Positions 25,461 to 38,129 of a stretch of DNA of 64,000 nucleotides are shown piece by piece. A program made the position numbers and the translations under genes. Numbering within the stretch: the stretch's first letter is position 1; every line of letters begins with the position of its first letter. Where the stretch lies: positions 66,650,001-66,714,000 of the forward strand of contig OZ336874.1 in assembly GCA_965287045.1 (NCBI GenBank). The letters run 5' to 3'. Under the pieces are notes generated by a model, which saw only the letters and a list, made by a program, of their open reading frames with translations, searched no databases and had not been told where the DNA came from. The stretch is from Carcharhinus amblyrhynchos (lineage: Eukaryota).

Positions 25461-26279
25461 AGAGGAACAGGATAAGAGGAACAGGATAAGAGGAACAGGA
25501 TAAGAGGAACAGGATAAGAGGAACAGGATAAGAGGAACAGGATAAGAGGAACAGGATAAGAGGAACAGGATAAGAGGAACAGGATAAGAGGAACAGGATA
25601 AGAGGAACAGGATAAGAGGAACAGGATAAGAGGAACAGGATAAGAGGAACAGGATAAGAGGAACAGGATAAGAGGAACAGGATAAGAGGAACAGGATAAG
25701 AGGAACAGGATAAGAGGAACAGGATAAGAGGAACAGGATAAGAGGAACAGGATAAGAGGAACAGGATAAGAGGAACAGGATAAGAGGAACAGGATAAGAG
25801 GAACAGGATAAGAGGAACAGGATAAGAGGAACAGGATAAGAGGAACAGGATAAGAGGAACAGGATAAGAGGAACAGGATAAGAGGAACAGGATAAGAGGA
25901 ACAGGATAAGAGGAACAGGATAAGAGGAACAGGATAAGAGGAACAGGATAAGAGGAACAGGATAAGAGGAACAGGATAAGAGGAACAGGATAAGAGGAAC
26001 AGGATAAGAGGAACAGGATAAGAGGAACAGGATAAGAGGAACAGGATAAGAGGAACAGGATAAGAGGAACAGGATAAGAGGAACAGGATAAGAGGAACAG
26101 GATAAGAGGAACAGGATAAGAGGAACAGGATAAGAGGAACAGGATAAGAGGAACAGGATAAGAGGAACAGGATAAGAGGAACAGGATAAGAGGAACAGGA
26201 TAAGAGGAACAGGATAAGAGGAACAGGATAAGAGGAACAGGATAAGAGGAACAGGATAAGAGGAACAGGATAAGAGGAA
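25461..26279 (+). repeat. Perfect minisatellite (AGAGGAACAGGATA) x 58.5
   Basis: 14-bp unit with no visible variant copies over 819 bp. Confidence 0.98.
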
Positions 26280-27824
26280 ATCTCTGGAGGCCACTAGGAG
26301 CAAAGACTCAGCTTGACCCACAGTGAAGACGACTATAGGCAAGACTTGTTGACAACCCAGAGACAACAGAAAAGGATGTACGAGAATCAGCTTCACAGAT
26401 GAAGACCTTGAAGTGGAAAATACTCAGAACTGGACCTGTGGCTCGGTCAAGTTCTTCGGCATGGGTAGTATCAGAATCTTAGGTAAAAAGAGAGTTTAGA
26501 TAATTTGGGAATACTGTGTTAATATTATTGAACTTGTTAACAAAATTAGTTGAACTGCGAACCGAGTTTGGTCCTTTTGTTCATCTTGTAAGTAAGGGTG
26601 CCTGGCAAGTGTTTGAGATATACAAACTGGGCAAAGTGTCTGTCTGCATTTCACAGACAACATTGGTCTTGTAGAAAAGTTTCATATGACTACCCTTCTT
26701 AATCCCATCTTCTCACTCCGGATACTTGAACCTTTCAGCATAACGAATAAGTTACTTGCATTGCTTTCTCAATTTTCTTCATTATTTTGACTATGTTTCG
26801 CTTATCTCAATATTGCTCATTTCTTATGGGTTATTCCAAACAGTGAGTCCTCACATACAATGCAACTACCCTGCATCATAGACATAGCTGATCTTGGCTT
26901 TACCGAATCAGAGATTCAAAGGGAGCTATTTCACCAGGTATTGTTCATTTCTGAAGGCATGGACAAATGCTGGTGAGGTTCCATAGATGTTTACAAACAA
27001 AATGTTTAAGTCAGAGTGGAAAATGGCACCACAACCATGAGTGCATCAGTCACGCCTAATTAGGTTCTGGTGTAGTGTTAGCTTGTGTGCACTGAAGTAA
27101 AAAAAAAATCAGTAATTAATACTACCACGTGTGGGGGGGTGGGGGTGGTAAGATGAGCCAGAAATCATGGGAAGATGGGCCCTGTCAAAGCTTACTCCAT
27201 GTTGTGCAAGCACCGCAAAGTTGGCTGGTTGCCAGTGTGGAATGCCAACAGAAGACGGCAGCTTGGGGCATTGAGGATAGACCATCAGTTGAGAGGGAGA
27301 GGGAATGAAAGCATGAAAGCTAGTGAGTAGATGGGGTGGGAACGCAAAAGCAGCAATCAGGCGGGAGAGGTGGCGGGGGGAACAGATAGAGGTGGGAGGT
27401 GGGGGCATGGGAGGGAGATGAAGGAGGCAACTGTGACACAAGTTTTCCTTGCATTTCCTCAGCACTGGGAAATGCTGCCTGCTAGTAATTTAAATCACTA
27501 CCAAAAAAATAAGAAAGGCATCACACTTAGAATTTATAATTAAAGACCTGCTTCTCAGGGCAGATTACTTGGGAGTCCCCATATCTCACTACAGTTTAAA
27601 TGAATACTCAGTCATGTTTTCTGACAGGTTAAATTGGCAAATTTATTCAATCAGAATATTAATTCCACTCTGCTTGTGTTTATGTTCTACATGAGCCTCC
27701 TCACACAAGTGGATGCAAGACACCACCTTCCTACCCCAAAACAATTCCTCTCCCTCCACCTCATTTGTTTAGTACACAGAGCAAGTCAAGCTCTTAACTG
27801 ATACCCTGGCTATGATGTATTAGT

Positions 27825-27906
27825 GATGTGGAGATGCTGGCATTGGACTGGGGTAAGCACAGTAAGACTCACAACACTAAGTTAAAGTCCAACAGGTTTA
27901 TTTGGC
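27825..27906. mobile_element. Penelope-terminus-derived fragment (family of 33647-33858)
   Basis: GATGTGGAGATGCTGGCATTGGACTGGG...CTCACAACACTAAGTTAAAGTCCAACAGGTTTATTTGG. Confidence 0.7.
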
Positions 27907-27923
27907 AGCTCAAGGTGTATTAG

Positions 27924-28628
27924 AACATACAGAACATAGGAAACCACAGGCCCTTTGGCCCACAAGTTGCGCTGATCATATCCCTACCTACTAGGCCTAC
28001 CTAGAACCCTCAATCCCATTAAATCCCACGTACTCAGCCAGAAGTCTCTTAAAAGACGCCAACGAGTTCACCTCCACCACCACTGATGGCAGCCGATTCC
28101 ACTCACCCACCACCCTCAGTGAAAAACTTAGCCCTGACATCTCCTCTGTACCTACTCCCCAGCACCCTAAACCTGTGTCCTCTCGTAGCGACCATTTCAG
28201 CCCTGGGAAATAGCCTCCGAGAATCCACCCAATCTATGCCTCTCGAGGTCTTAAAAACCTCTATCAGATCACCTCTCATCCTTCATCTCTCCAGGAAGAA
28301 GAGACCTAGCTCCCTCAACCTATCCTCATAAGGCATGCCAACCAATCCAGGCAACGTCCTTGTAAATCTCCTCTGCACCCTTTCAATAGCTTCCACATCT
28401 TTCTTGTAATCAGACGACAAGATCTGCGTACAGTACTCCAAGTGGGGTCTGACTAGGGTCTTATAAAGCTGCAGCATTATCTCCCGACTCCTAAACTCAA
28501 TCCCTCGATTAATGAAGGCTAGTACACCATATGCCTTCTTGACCACATCCTCCACCTGCGAGGCCAATATAAGAGTCCTATGGACCCGGACTCCAAAGTC
28601 CTTCTGATCCTCTACACTGCTAAGAGTA
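27924..28628 (-). mobile_element. CR1 LINE 3' fragment
   Basis: ORF 28283-28567 LQLYKTLVRPHLEYC...ERVQRRFTRTLPGL; TATGTTCT tail repeats. Confidence 0.9.
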
Positions 28629-28674
28629 TTAGCTCAGAGGAAACTAGGCTTTGAAACTGGAACCTTTCGTGACA

Positions 28675-29103
28675 GCTGTGGCTCAGATAGCACCATTCTC
28701 TTGTCCTGAGTCTACAGGTTGAGTTCAGGCCAGCTTCAGAAACTTGAAAATTTAGTCAGACACTCCAGTGCAGTACCGAAGGAGGGCAACTCTGTCAAAC
28801 ATGACATTATTCAAATAAAAGCTTAAAATGAGGCTTCTCTGTTTATCACATAGATATAAAAGATCCAATGGCACTACTTCAGAGAAACAGGGGTATAATC
28901 CCAGTTCCTGGCCAATATTTATCCCTCAATCAACAGGCTAAAACAAGCTCTGGTCATTGTCATATTGCTGCTTGTGAAAGCAAAATTAGCTGCTTTGTTT
29001 CCTACATTACAACGATGACTACACTTCAAAAGTACTTGATTGGCTGTACAGGGCTTTGGAACGCCTGGAGATTGTGAAAGGCATCAACTAAATGCAAGTC
29101 TTT
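28675..29103 (+). mobile_element. Deu-domain tRNA-SINE (SacSINE1-like)
   Basis: GCTGTGGCTCAG head; GACACTCCAGTGCAGTAC, GGCCAATATTTATCCCTCAATCAAC and AAATGCAAGTCTTT tail. Confidence 0.7.
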
Positions 29104-31109
29104 CTCCCGAGCTGATCCTTCCATCAACGTTTATGAACAATGGCAGGTAGACTGTAGTCTCAGATGGAAAAAGCATTGTGAAACCTGCCAGCTATGGTGC
29201 TAACTTTTCTAGCTGGATTTTTAAACACTTGGAGGAAATAAATATTGGCGGCGAGTCCCAGAAGAATGAAGCAATCTTTTGAAAGGGTTCCCAGTCTTCA
29301 AACAAATAAGGATACCATATGCACCACCCCCGCCCCCAGAATCCTCCTCCCCCAAGGGACACACACAGGAGGACCATGCCCTCATGGAACTTCCCAAAGG
29401 AAGCACCTTCAGCACTGCTCCTGCTCCTTAGTGTCAGGAGCAGCACTGAGCCCAGAGCCCAGACACTGCTGGGCATGTCCCTCTCCCCACCAGGGGATGT
29501 ACTTAGCTGTGCACCCCCGGCAGGATTTCTTTAGCTGGTTCATGTTGATCCACAATTGTTGTAATATGACGTCACATGGGTGAGAGGAGGGAATGTGAAT
29601 GTGGGTGGACGATCTAATGGGGGTGGGGGAAGCCTGCTAATGTTGTTGAAATGTATTTAAATAAGGTTCCCAGCCTCCCTGAGTGTAAACCATGTTATAT
29701 CAATTGGGGGTGGGGGTGGGGGAAGAGAGAGGGAAAAAAAACAATTTCACCACGAGTTCTCATGGGTAAGAATCTTGTCTTTTGGCTCTTGGAGATATTG
29801 TGCCCCATCACACTTGCAGAAAACAGGGGCACCAAATTCTAGCCTGAGGATCAACCTGGAATCCTCTACCCAATAACTCTGCTCGAAAGCTTGAATGAGC
29901 ACTTGTGGGCTTGTAGTAATGTAGTGATTTAATTTTGCAAGGTTCTTTTTCGTTTTAAGTTTATTGAAAATGATTTTTGTTGCTTTATGTGAAGCATCTT
30001 TCATTTTATTTGGACCACTTGTTAGATTGCATCACTTCTGGCAGTGACACTGAAGGCATCTCAGTGCCATCCCTACTGGCCCACTCAAAATTGGGCCCTG
30101 CAGTATTTATGTTCAGTTTCCAACATATCCAGGGGTGACCAGATTTATCCTCCATTCTGTAAAGTTCTGGATTTGTGCTACATTCCACCACAAGATAACT
30201 CTGATGGAGCCTGTGATGGTGAGTGGGGGAAGGCTGTGCACAGGACTGGTGTCTCGGGGGGCGGCCAACCTCGGTACTGGGCTGTGTGGACCTGGCAGTG
30301 AAGATATTGCATTTGTCCTAAACTCTGGCAGGGCTGTCTGCATGGGATGGGGACATCCCTGGGCAGAGAGCTGAGGATTCCAGTTTCTGCTGCTTTGAAA
30401 AGTTGGTGCAGTTAAGAGTGGATATAGCTGGGATGCTCGCCCAGCCTCTGAAAGGGCAGGAAACAGGCTCATGTGATTCAAGGTTGTGGCAGAAATGGAG
30501 CCCATATGACCAAAGCTTTGTTAGTAGGAAGGAGGGGTTAGGGTGTAGTTGTAGAAAGGTGGACATGAAGGCTAGATCAGAGAATGGCCTGAAGAAAATA
30601 TCAAGTTATTGGTGTTGCACTAGTTATTTTATTCAATGGAGTTGAGGAAATTTAGAGTTTTGATGGACTTTATGGCTGAGTGGACTGGCTAGTCAATCTG
30701 ACATATCCTCATTTGTATCTATTTAATGTATCATTTACAGTTTACATTGACTACAATTTGCCTGTGAATTCATGCTTAATTTATGTTGATTGAGATTTGG
30801 TCATTAAAATAATCATCACAAAGTGACATCTTGTCCATTGGGGTGGTTCAAGTAAATTTTAATCTTTTGGTTTATTGATCTTCACAAGAATCAGTGTCAA
30901 GCGCAACCTGTGACATCTCGCTACAGAAATGAAGGTAACATTTGTACGATGTCGAACAGCCTATGGAGCACTGATAAGCTTGACTGATCATTCACGTGCT
31001 GTCTCGGCAGCAGATGTTGGAAGAAATCTAGAACAACAATGGAAATACCATTCTTTTTCTTAAAGGGCTAGCCACTGATTCTAACCTGATAGTAGCTTCC
31101 ACCTAACCT

Positions 31110-31232
31110 AAGTCTGGGTCATCCAGACTAGAAACGTTGACTCTATTCTCTCTCCACAGATGCTGTCAGACCTGCTGAGATTTTCCAGCATTCTGTTTTC
31201 GTATCAGATTCTGACACCCACAGTATTTTGAT
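31110..31232 (+). mobile_element. Penelope-terminus-derived fragment
   Basis: GAAACGTTGACTCTATTCTCTCTCCACAGATGCTGTCAGACCTGCTGAG. Confidence 0.7.
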
Positions 31233-32099
31233 TTTAACCAAGTTCCATTGGCGCGGTCTTCACAAAAATGGGCTCTTCTTCAGAACCTCCTCAGTTCATC
31301 TCAGCACACAGTCTCTTTGCCATGTATTGACAGAACTGCCTTGATCCTACATCACAGCAACAGCCCTGTATGCAGTATGGTTGGTTCTGATCAATTAATT
31401 CCTTCAAACAAAACAACTAAGGCAGCACCAGTGACCTTATTTTCCCTTCTCACTGCCCCAGATTCAACCGAATATTCATCGTTCTTCAACCTCTCCTTCA
31501 GGAACACAAAATCTTGCCCACATGGGACCGATTTCCACCACAACCTCAGGTCAATGAAAACACAAAAGATGGGACTGAGAAAGAGGTTTGTGACTCAGTT
31601 TAATCCATCTTTCCCTCAAAATTGCTGAGGTTTCATTCTGCAAATGTTTTATTACAGCTCAAGCGGTGAGGGTTGTCATTTATCTTCAGCTTCTATACAT
31701 GTGAAAAGCTGAACTTTGATGTTATTTCACAAATTAAGGATCGATATAAAGACTGAAGTGGAACATGATCGCTCATTAACCTACAACAAACCCAAACAAG
31801 AGAGACTCCTGTTCCTGCTTCTATGGGATTTGCTATTTTGTACAGTATGTGCAAATTGCTCATTCTTCACACTTTTGTTGAACAACTACAAATTAAAATG
31901 TGTCTAGCTTTTTGGGTAGAATCAGGATAGGTGCATCATGTAATACACAGAATTACAAGATATGGGATTACAGAATACAGCCTACATATTCAGATATAAA
32001 AGTAGGCAGATTGTAAGTGAAGAATAGAAAACAAAACCTTGTTAAAAGTCTACAGATATTTTCAAGTTACTGAGGTGAAAACAGTACCCAGGCAAGAAG

Positions 32100-32882
32100 C
32101 ATGTAATATTTGCATCACTCATGTGCCAGACGATGACCATCTCCAACAAGAGAGAATCTAACCATAGCCCCTTGACATTCAATGGCATTGCCATTGCTGA
32201 ATTCTCTCTCACAATAAACATTCTGGAAGGTTACCATTGATCAGAAATTGAACTGGACTAGCCATATGGATGCTGTGGCTACAAAAACAAGTCAGAGGCG
32301 AGGAACCCTGTGGTGAGTAAATTGCCTCCTGACTTCTCAGAGCCTGTCCACCAGCTACAAAACACAAGTCAGGAATGTGCTAGAATACTCTCCATTTGCC
32401 TGGAGAGGGCAGTTCCAGCAACATTCAAGAAACTTGAGACCACCTAGGACAAAGCAAACTGCTTGACTGGCACCCCAATCACAAATATTAATTTCCTCTA
32501 GCACCAATGCACAGTAGCAGCAATGCATAGCATCTTTAAGATGCACTGCAGGAACACAGCATGGCTTCTCAGACAGCATCTTCCAAACCCACACCCATGA
32601 CCATGACCATGCAGAACAAGAGTAACAAATACATAGGAACACCAACACCTGGAAGCTCCCATCCAAGCAACTCACTATTCTGGCTTGGAAATATATCATC
32701 ATTCATTTTCACTGGGTCAAAATCCTGGAATTCTCTCCATAACAACTCAGTGGGTTTACCTATACAAAATAGACTGCAATGATTCAAGACAACAGCTCAC
32801 CACCACCTTCGAGGGTAATTAGGGATGGGCAATAAATGCTGGCTTAGCCAGCAATATCCACATGCTTTGAATGAATACAAAA
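32100..32882 (+). mobile_element. LINE 3' fragment sharing its tail with the GGGGAGGC-SINE family
   Basis: RT C-terminal remnant (YKTQVRNVLEYSPFAW); ends AGGGATGGGCAATAAATGCTGG...TGAATGAAT as in the SINE at 62616. Confidence 0.8.
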
Positions 32883-33646
32883 TTCCTGGAGGAAGAATTT
32901 GGGTGAGGCAGCAAGAAAAGATTATAGTCATCTGGTGGATTGAATAATATAAAGTGATTGATGAATGCTGGAAGACTTAGAGGTTGAATTTTTTTGCTTT
33001 CTGTGATACACCTAGTGAAGAGAAATGGTTTCCCAAGAGCCAGGGGTCACATTTCACTTTGTGGAGGAGTAACATGAGGAGAAAACTGTGACACAGAGAA
33101 CTCTGCTACCTCAAGAGGAATGGTAAGCAACTGAAACACTGCAAAAATTAACTGTTCAATTCACTCTCTCCATTTTCTATTGCAAAGCTTGACTGATTTT
33201 ACTTTTGTCTGATCTGGTATGGCCATGAAAATTTCACTGATATTCAGCTGATGGACTTGATTTTTTGGTGTTGACATTTTACATGCTGAAAATTTCAGTC
33301 CATTTGGTCAAAAAAGGGTTCCCATCCCTACTCTAAACTCCTGAAATTGTATTTCATCATCTAAATTTATAAAGCTTTCTGCATCAATGCCAATGGGGGA
33401 GGAAAAAAACTAGAATCTTCCTAGTCACTGGCTCATTGGGTTGTGTTTACTTCTAAAACGACAGCAGCAGACTAGTTCCAACAGCAGGAGTTTGTCTGAA
33501 TCATCGTGACCCTCAGCTCTGATGACATTTGAGGCAGCTCATGACATGCATGCCTCCACGGGCCAATAGTTCTTTTCCCCCCCATTTCAGGCTTATCACC
33601 ACAAAAAGTTAATAACCAAACTACTTTACACATCTATTACAATAAA

Positions 33647-33858
33647 AAGTCTCACAACACCAGGTTAAAGGCCAACAGGTTTATTTGGTAGCACAAGCTT
33701 TCAGAGCGATGCCCCTTCATCAGATGAGTCAACTGACCTGATGAAGGGGCAGCACTCCAAAAGCTCGTGCTACAGAATAAACCTGGTGTGGATTTTAACC
33801 TGGTGTTGAGAGACTTCTTACTGTGCCCATTCCAGTCCAATGCCGGCATCTTCACGTC
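33647..33858. mobile_element. Palindromic Penelope-derived element with two opposed hammerhead-like motifs
   Basis: Inverted repeat 33647-33816; CTGATGA cores at 33717-33723 (-) and 33738-33744 (+). Confidence 0.75.
33692..33726 (-). ncRNA. Minimal type I hammerhead ribozyme-like motif
   Basis: CAU-CUGAUGA-A-GGGGC-auc-GCUCU-GAAA-GCUU-GUG; stem I CAU/GUG, 5-bp stem II, palindromic AAGCUU in place of helix III. Confidence 0.55.
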
Positions 33859-34436
33859 TATTGCAGGCATATCAATATCGATGGAAGCTCCACATTTTGA
33901 AATATATTCCCAATTAATTCACTTTTGAGGCACACAGAAATAAAAGTTATTTCCACAATGACTGACCAATTTGCAAACTCAATTTTAGACCCTGAGGTAC
34001 AAGTTGAAAATCAGTCACACACATAGGGAATATGCCAATACCTGGGGTATGACAACTCACATTTTCCCTGCCCTTTCAGAAATAAATACACCATGCCCCC
34101 AACAGTAATGTGCAAAGGGAGCAGTTTTAAATCTTTCAAATAAGAAAAGGGCATCCTTCTCCTGTCCTAGCAGAAAGCCCATAATGATTCCCACATTGAG
34201 GCTAAAGGAGGTACGTTAAATTCCAATCAAACGATCCAAACGTAACAATCAGGTTCTAGTCAAGCTTACTATCATTCAAGCAGATTTACAACACAAATCT
34301 AGCATGGATTTTTGGGGTCATAACATGTCAGAACACTTCATTGAATTTGTTCATTTTTATCAACATTTATACAGGAAGAGCATTTCCAGCAACTCCACTT
34401 CAGCAGATTATGGCCACTTATGGTAGTTCATTCTAG

Positions 34437-34721
34437 ATCCAGGGGACTTAGATTCAGTGGCAGACGATGTAGGGGGGACATGAGGAAGAACATTCTTTTT
34501 TATTTACAGAGACTAGTGCACGTCTGGAATTTGCTGCCCCAGTTGGCAGTGGAGGCAGAGACTCTCTTAACAAGTACCTGGATTTGCGCCGTAAGTGCTA
34601 TAAGCTACAGGACTATGGACCAGGTGCATGAAGGTGAGATTAGAAAGGGCACCTGGTTGTCCTTAGGCTGGCATGGACAAGATGGACTGATTGGCCTCAT
34701 TCTGTGCTGTAACTTTTCTAT
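34437..34721 (+). mobile_element. CR1 LINE 3' end
   Basis: RGDMRKN..QRLVHVWNLLP remnant; tail CTGTGCTGTAACTTTTCTATG. Confidence 0.75.
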
Positions 34722-37427
34722 GGGAAATGCATTATAAACATAGGGAAAGTTTTTGACATACCAACATTAGGCAAGTGTAACGTTGAAGAATTTACCAAAA
34801 TACTGGGAATTAAAAAAGTGAAAATAACGATAAATCACATATTTTGAGAACTGCGATGATTACATCCTATTTTAAATATTGCTTTGCACAACAATACGTT
34901 GGTGAAGTGACGTGGGTGGTCATTTTTTTATTCCACTGATTGCTTGCACAAATTTGAGATAAGGTGAGAAAGTAGAGAACAGTAAATCCAGGTACGTTAT
35001 TCTCATAACTCCAAGTCAGCCAATGTAATTCACGTTGACCAAAAAAACCTGTCAGTTGCTTCAGCAGGTGGATGTTTCGAAACTGCTTTACCAATAGAAC
35101 TGAACTCCTAGTCGACAATGCTACTGCACAAACCTAATCCTAATTTGGCACAATGATCTTAAAATAAGAAATCTCATTTATGGAGACCAAAGCTGTAGTG
35201 GGAAATCAAACTTTTTGAGGGGGTTTCTGTCAAGATTGGAATAAGGCATCTAACCTGCACCATCTTTCATTGGGCAATAATTTATGTTACCACTTGATGT
35301 AAAGAAATTGAAAGTAGTTCTGTTCTCCAGTATTAACGTCCCCATGAAAATTTCATGGTGCCCACTTGGCAGCAATAATAGACTGGGATCACACCACATT
35401 GAGAAACACAAGAATTTGCAATACAACTTATTAATTCAAGAATCTGTACTTCGTTCAAAAAGTATAATGAATTGCTTCAAATTTTTCCTTTCGACTGAAA
35501 TTTTTGCACAAGTTTACACTAAAATATAGAAAACTCGATCATCGATGTATGTCTAAAGCCAACCACCTCTTAGATACACGTGTATTTTGTGTGTGGAAGA
35601 ATGTAGCTCAATATGTATTAGTGTAAAGTTCAAGTATCTTCTAAGAGTTCATTGCTTACAATCTTTTTTAACAGCAGAGCATTAAAAACAAACCTATCAA
35701 ACTGTACTAGCAAACATATCATCTGACTGCTTAGACTCAAGTGTTACTTCATTTACAGCTCTCAATGTTTCTAGAATTCTATAGAAACTGCTTATTATAT
35801 TAAATCGGAATTGGATTCCTAAAAATAAACTTCCAGACATCATTATTTCATTTTCACTCGCACAAGACCAACTGAGAAAAAGGTCTGTTTTGTCTGTTCC
35901 TTCCATAAAGCATTAAAATGAGTTATTCACACAAAGGAAGATTCTGAAATGTTTGCTTCTTGTTCAAAGAAAATTATTGAAGGGGTGGACAGGCCAACAG
36001 TAAATATAAAATTAGCTTGCTAAACTGATGACCCCACTGACTTTGATGAGCAATTAATATGCCTGAAGCTTATTATTGAATTCTTCTTTCCCCTTCTGTA
36101 TATCACGCGTCCATATTCAAAAAAAGAAAAACTACAGCAATTAACTGTAGCTAAATTTCTTCTAGAATAACAATGGAATCTTATTTACTGTACTTGATTT
36201 AAAAAAAGCAGTCACACGCTGTACATGCACTGACATAAGATCCTTAGTACACAAACAATCCAGGTGTGTCAAGGAGGTGAAGTCAAATAACAAGGGACAG
36301 AACTAAAAAGATATTAGGATTTGTGATCAAAAGCTTTGTCAAACAAGTAGGTTTGAGAACAGCCTTTAAGGAGAAAAGGTTGAAATCAAGATAGATTTAT
36401 GAAGGGACTTGCAACGTCTGAAGCATAGGTCGGTGGCTAAAGGTTGCCAATGATAATGCAAAGAGAGGGGGTTGTACAAAACACAGTCAGAGGAATGGCA
36501 AGTTCTCAGTAGAAGATGCTGAGGTGGTGGTGAGGTTACAAGGGTGTGGAAGGTTAAGAAAATGAATACAATAATACTTGGTTTTGACATGTGATAAAAG
36601 ACAAATCAGCAAATAAAATGTAATATTTATTCTTAACATCTTAAATGGCTTCATTATAAATGTTGCACAATTGTGCCTGGACTACAATCAAAACTTGGCA
36701 TTTTAAAGTAAGATGATGATCAAATCTTAAACCTTAGCAAAACAGTAATTAAAAAATTCAAAAGGGACATGCCATGTTTGGTCCATCTCCAAAAAAGTTT
36801 TATTAGTCGAAAAGGAAATAGGTAACTGAGCAGTGCTCATTAAAAATAAGCTCACAACTGGCAACAAAGTGGAGGGTACAGCATCAAAAACTAGCAGGTA
36901 GTAGGAAAGCACAGAGAGTAATTGTCAATGCACAAAAACACCACAAGGTCAAGAGCTCCCAACTCTTTGCAATCTCGGGGCCAAATCTTTTCATCATTTA
37001 AACCAATATAATTAGCATCTGCTCTGTGCATGAAAGGGTTGAGAGCTCTAAACTGGTGTCGTGCAGGAAAAGCACAAATTCATGAAAAGCAAGTTTCAAC
37101 ATCACACAGCTCCAGAGAATACATCAAAGCCTAAATCAAAATTTCAGGCGGAAAAGTTAAAAAGCAAGCAGAATAGTTCAACAACAAGGTGTCACAGGTC
37201 ATTGCGCTCCCAATTTGTACTCGTCAAAATCATATCCAAAGAATAAAAAGTTCTTAATGATCAAAATGTTCAGAATGCTCAAAATTGCTTTTCTGAAAGC
37301 AATCTGCAAATTTATGTACAATCATTGTAAATTAATTGCCTTGTAACTTGGGTGTTTTTAGGGAACAGACCAGCAGCTCTTGTTAGCTGAACCTATTCCT
37401 GTCTGCCTACAGACTGAAACCACTCAC

Positions 37428-37451
37428 CACATGTTCAACACTTTCTGGCAG
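37428..37451 (-). CDS. CSNK1G3: CK1 gamma 3 24-nt alternative microexon, (N)CQKVLNM(W)
   Basis: Long pyrimidine tract ...tttcttccctttatgtatAG|C TGC CAG AAA GTG TTG AAC ATG TG|GTgagt; phase 2-2, frame-preserving; matches my recollection of the mammalian gamma-3L insert NCQKVLNMW. Confidence 0.92.
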
Positions 37452-38129
37452 CTATACATAAAGGGAAGAAACAAACAGAAACAAAAAGGAATCAAAACCA
37501 GAGCCCATAGTGAGAAAAACTGCTCTCAAAAATGTAAATCTAATAGCTTCAGATCTGCACAAGCAACACACAATGGACACTAAGGCAATTTGCTTTTAAA
37601 AAAGAACCAAAATTACAGTTAAGCAAGAATGATTCTTGGAGCCCATTTTTAACAGGATTCAGAACCTTTCAAGAAGGAAAAAATCTTGTGAAACTTTCTC
37701 GTCTTTAGGTACTTCTGGTTTGCAAATGAGGAATTTAGTTCCACTTAGTGCTCAGAGCTTAGATTCAAAGCAATTGAATTTGAGAAATGAGCAATGATAC
37801 AAATATGACATCCAGGCACCTTTGTTTCGTACTTTGGTCCATAAACTGGGAAAGGTCCCATTGAAAAAAAACCTGCAGGGCACTTCTTGAAGCAATGTGA
37901 CAAGTATATTTTTGCAAGTCATGCTGACCAGAGTTACACAGCTAATTTTGTTTTACAAGGCACAGGTAAATTTTAATTTTAAATGTTGATATCAATCGTT
38001 TACTGTCAAAAACAAGTTTTGGGGCATTCTGTTAATTTTCCCTGCTTGCTGATGGGTTCAAAAGAAACCAATTGGACTAACTAGAAAGAGTCAAGAGCTT
38101 CAAGTTTTTTTGGTGTCCAGATCATCAAC

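Noticed and set aside
25461-26279. CRISPR-like array
   Set aside because: Units are contiguous with no spacers, there are no cas genes, and the context is eukaryotic
25272-26396. 374-aa ORF with a (LILFLLSCSSYPVP)n repeat
   Set aside because: It is the stop-free minus-strand translation of the 14-bp minisatellite, lies in an intron and has no supporting gene structure
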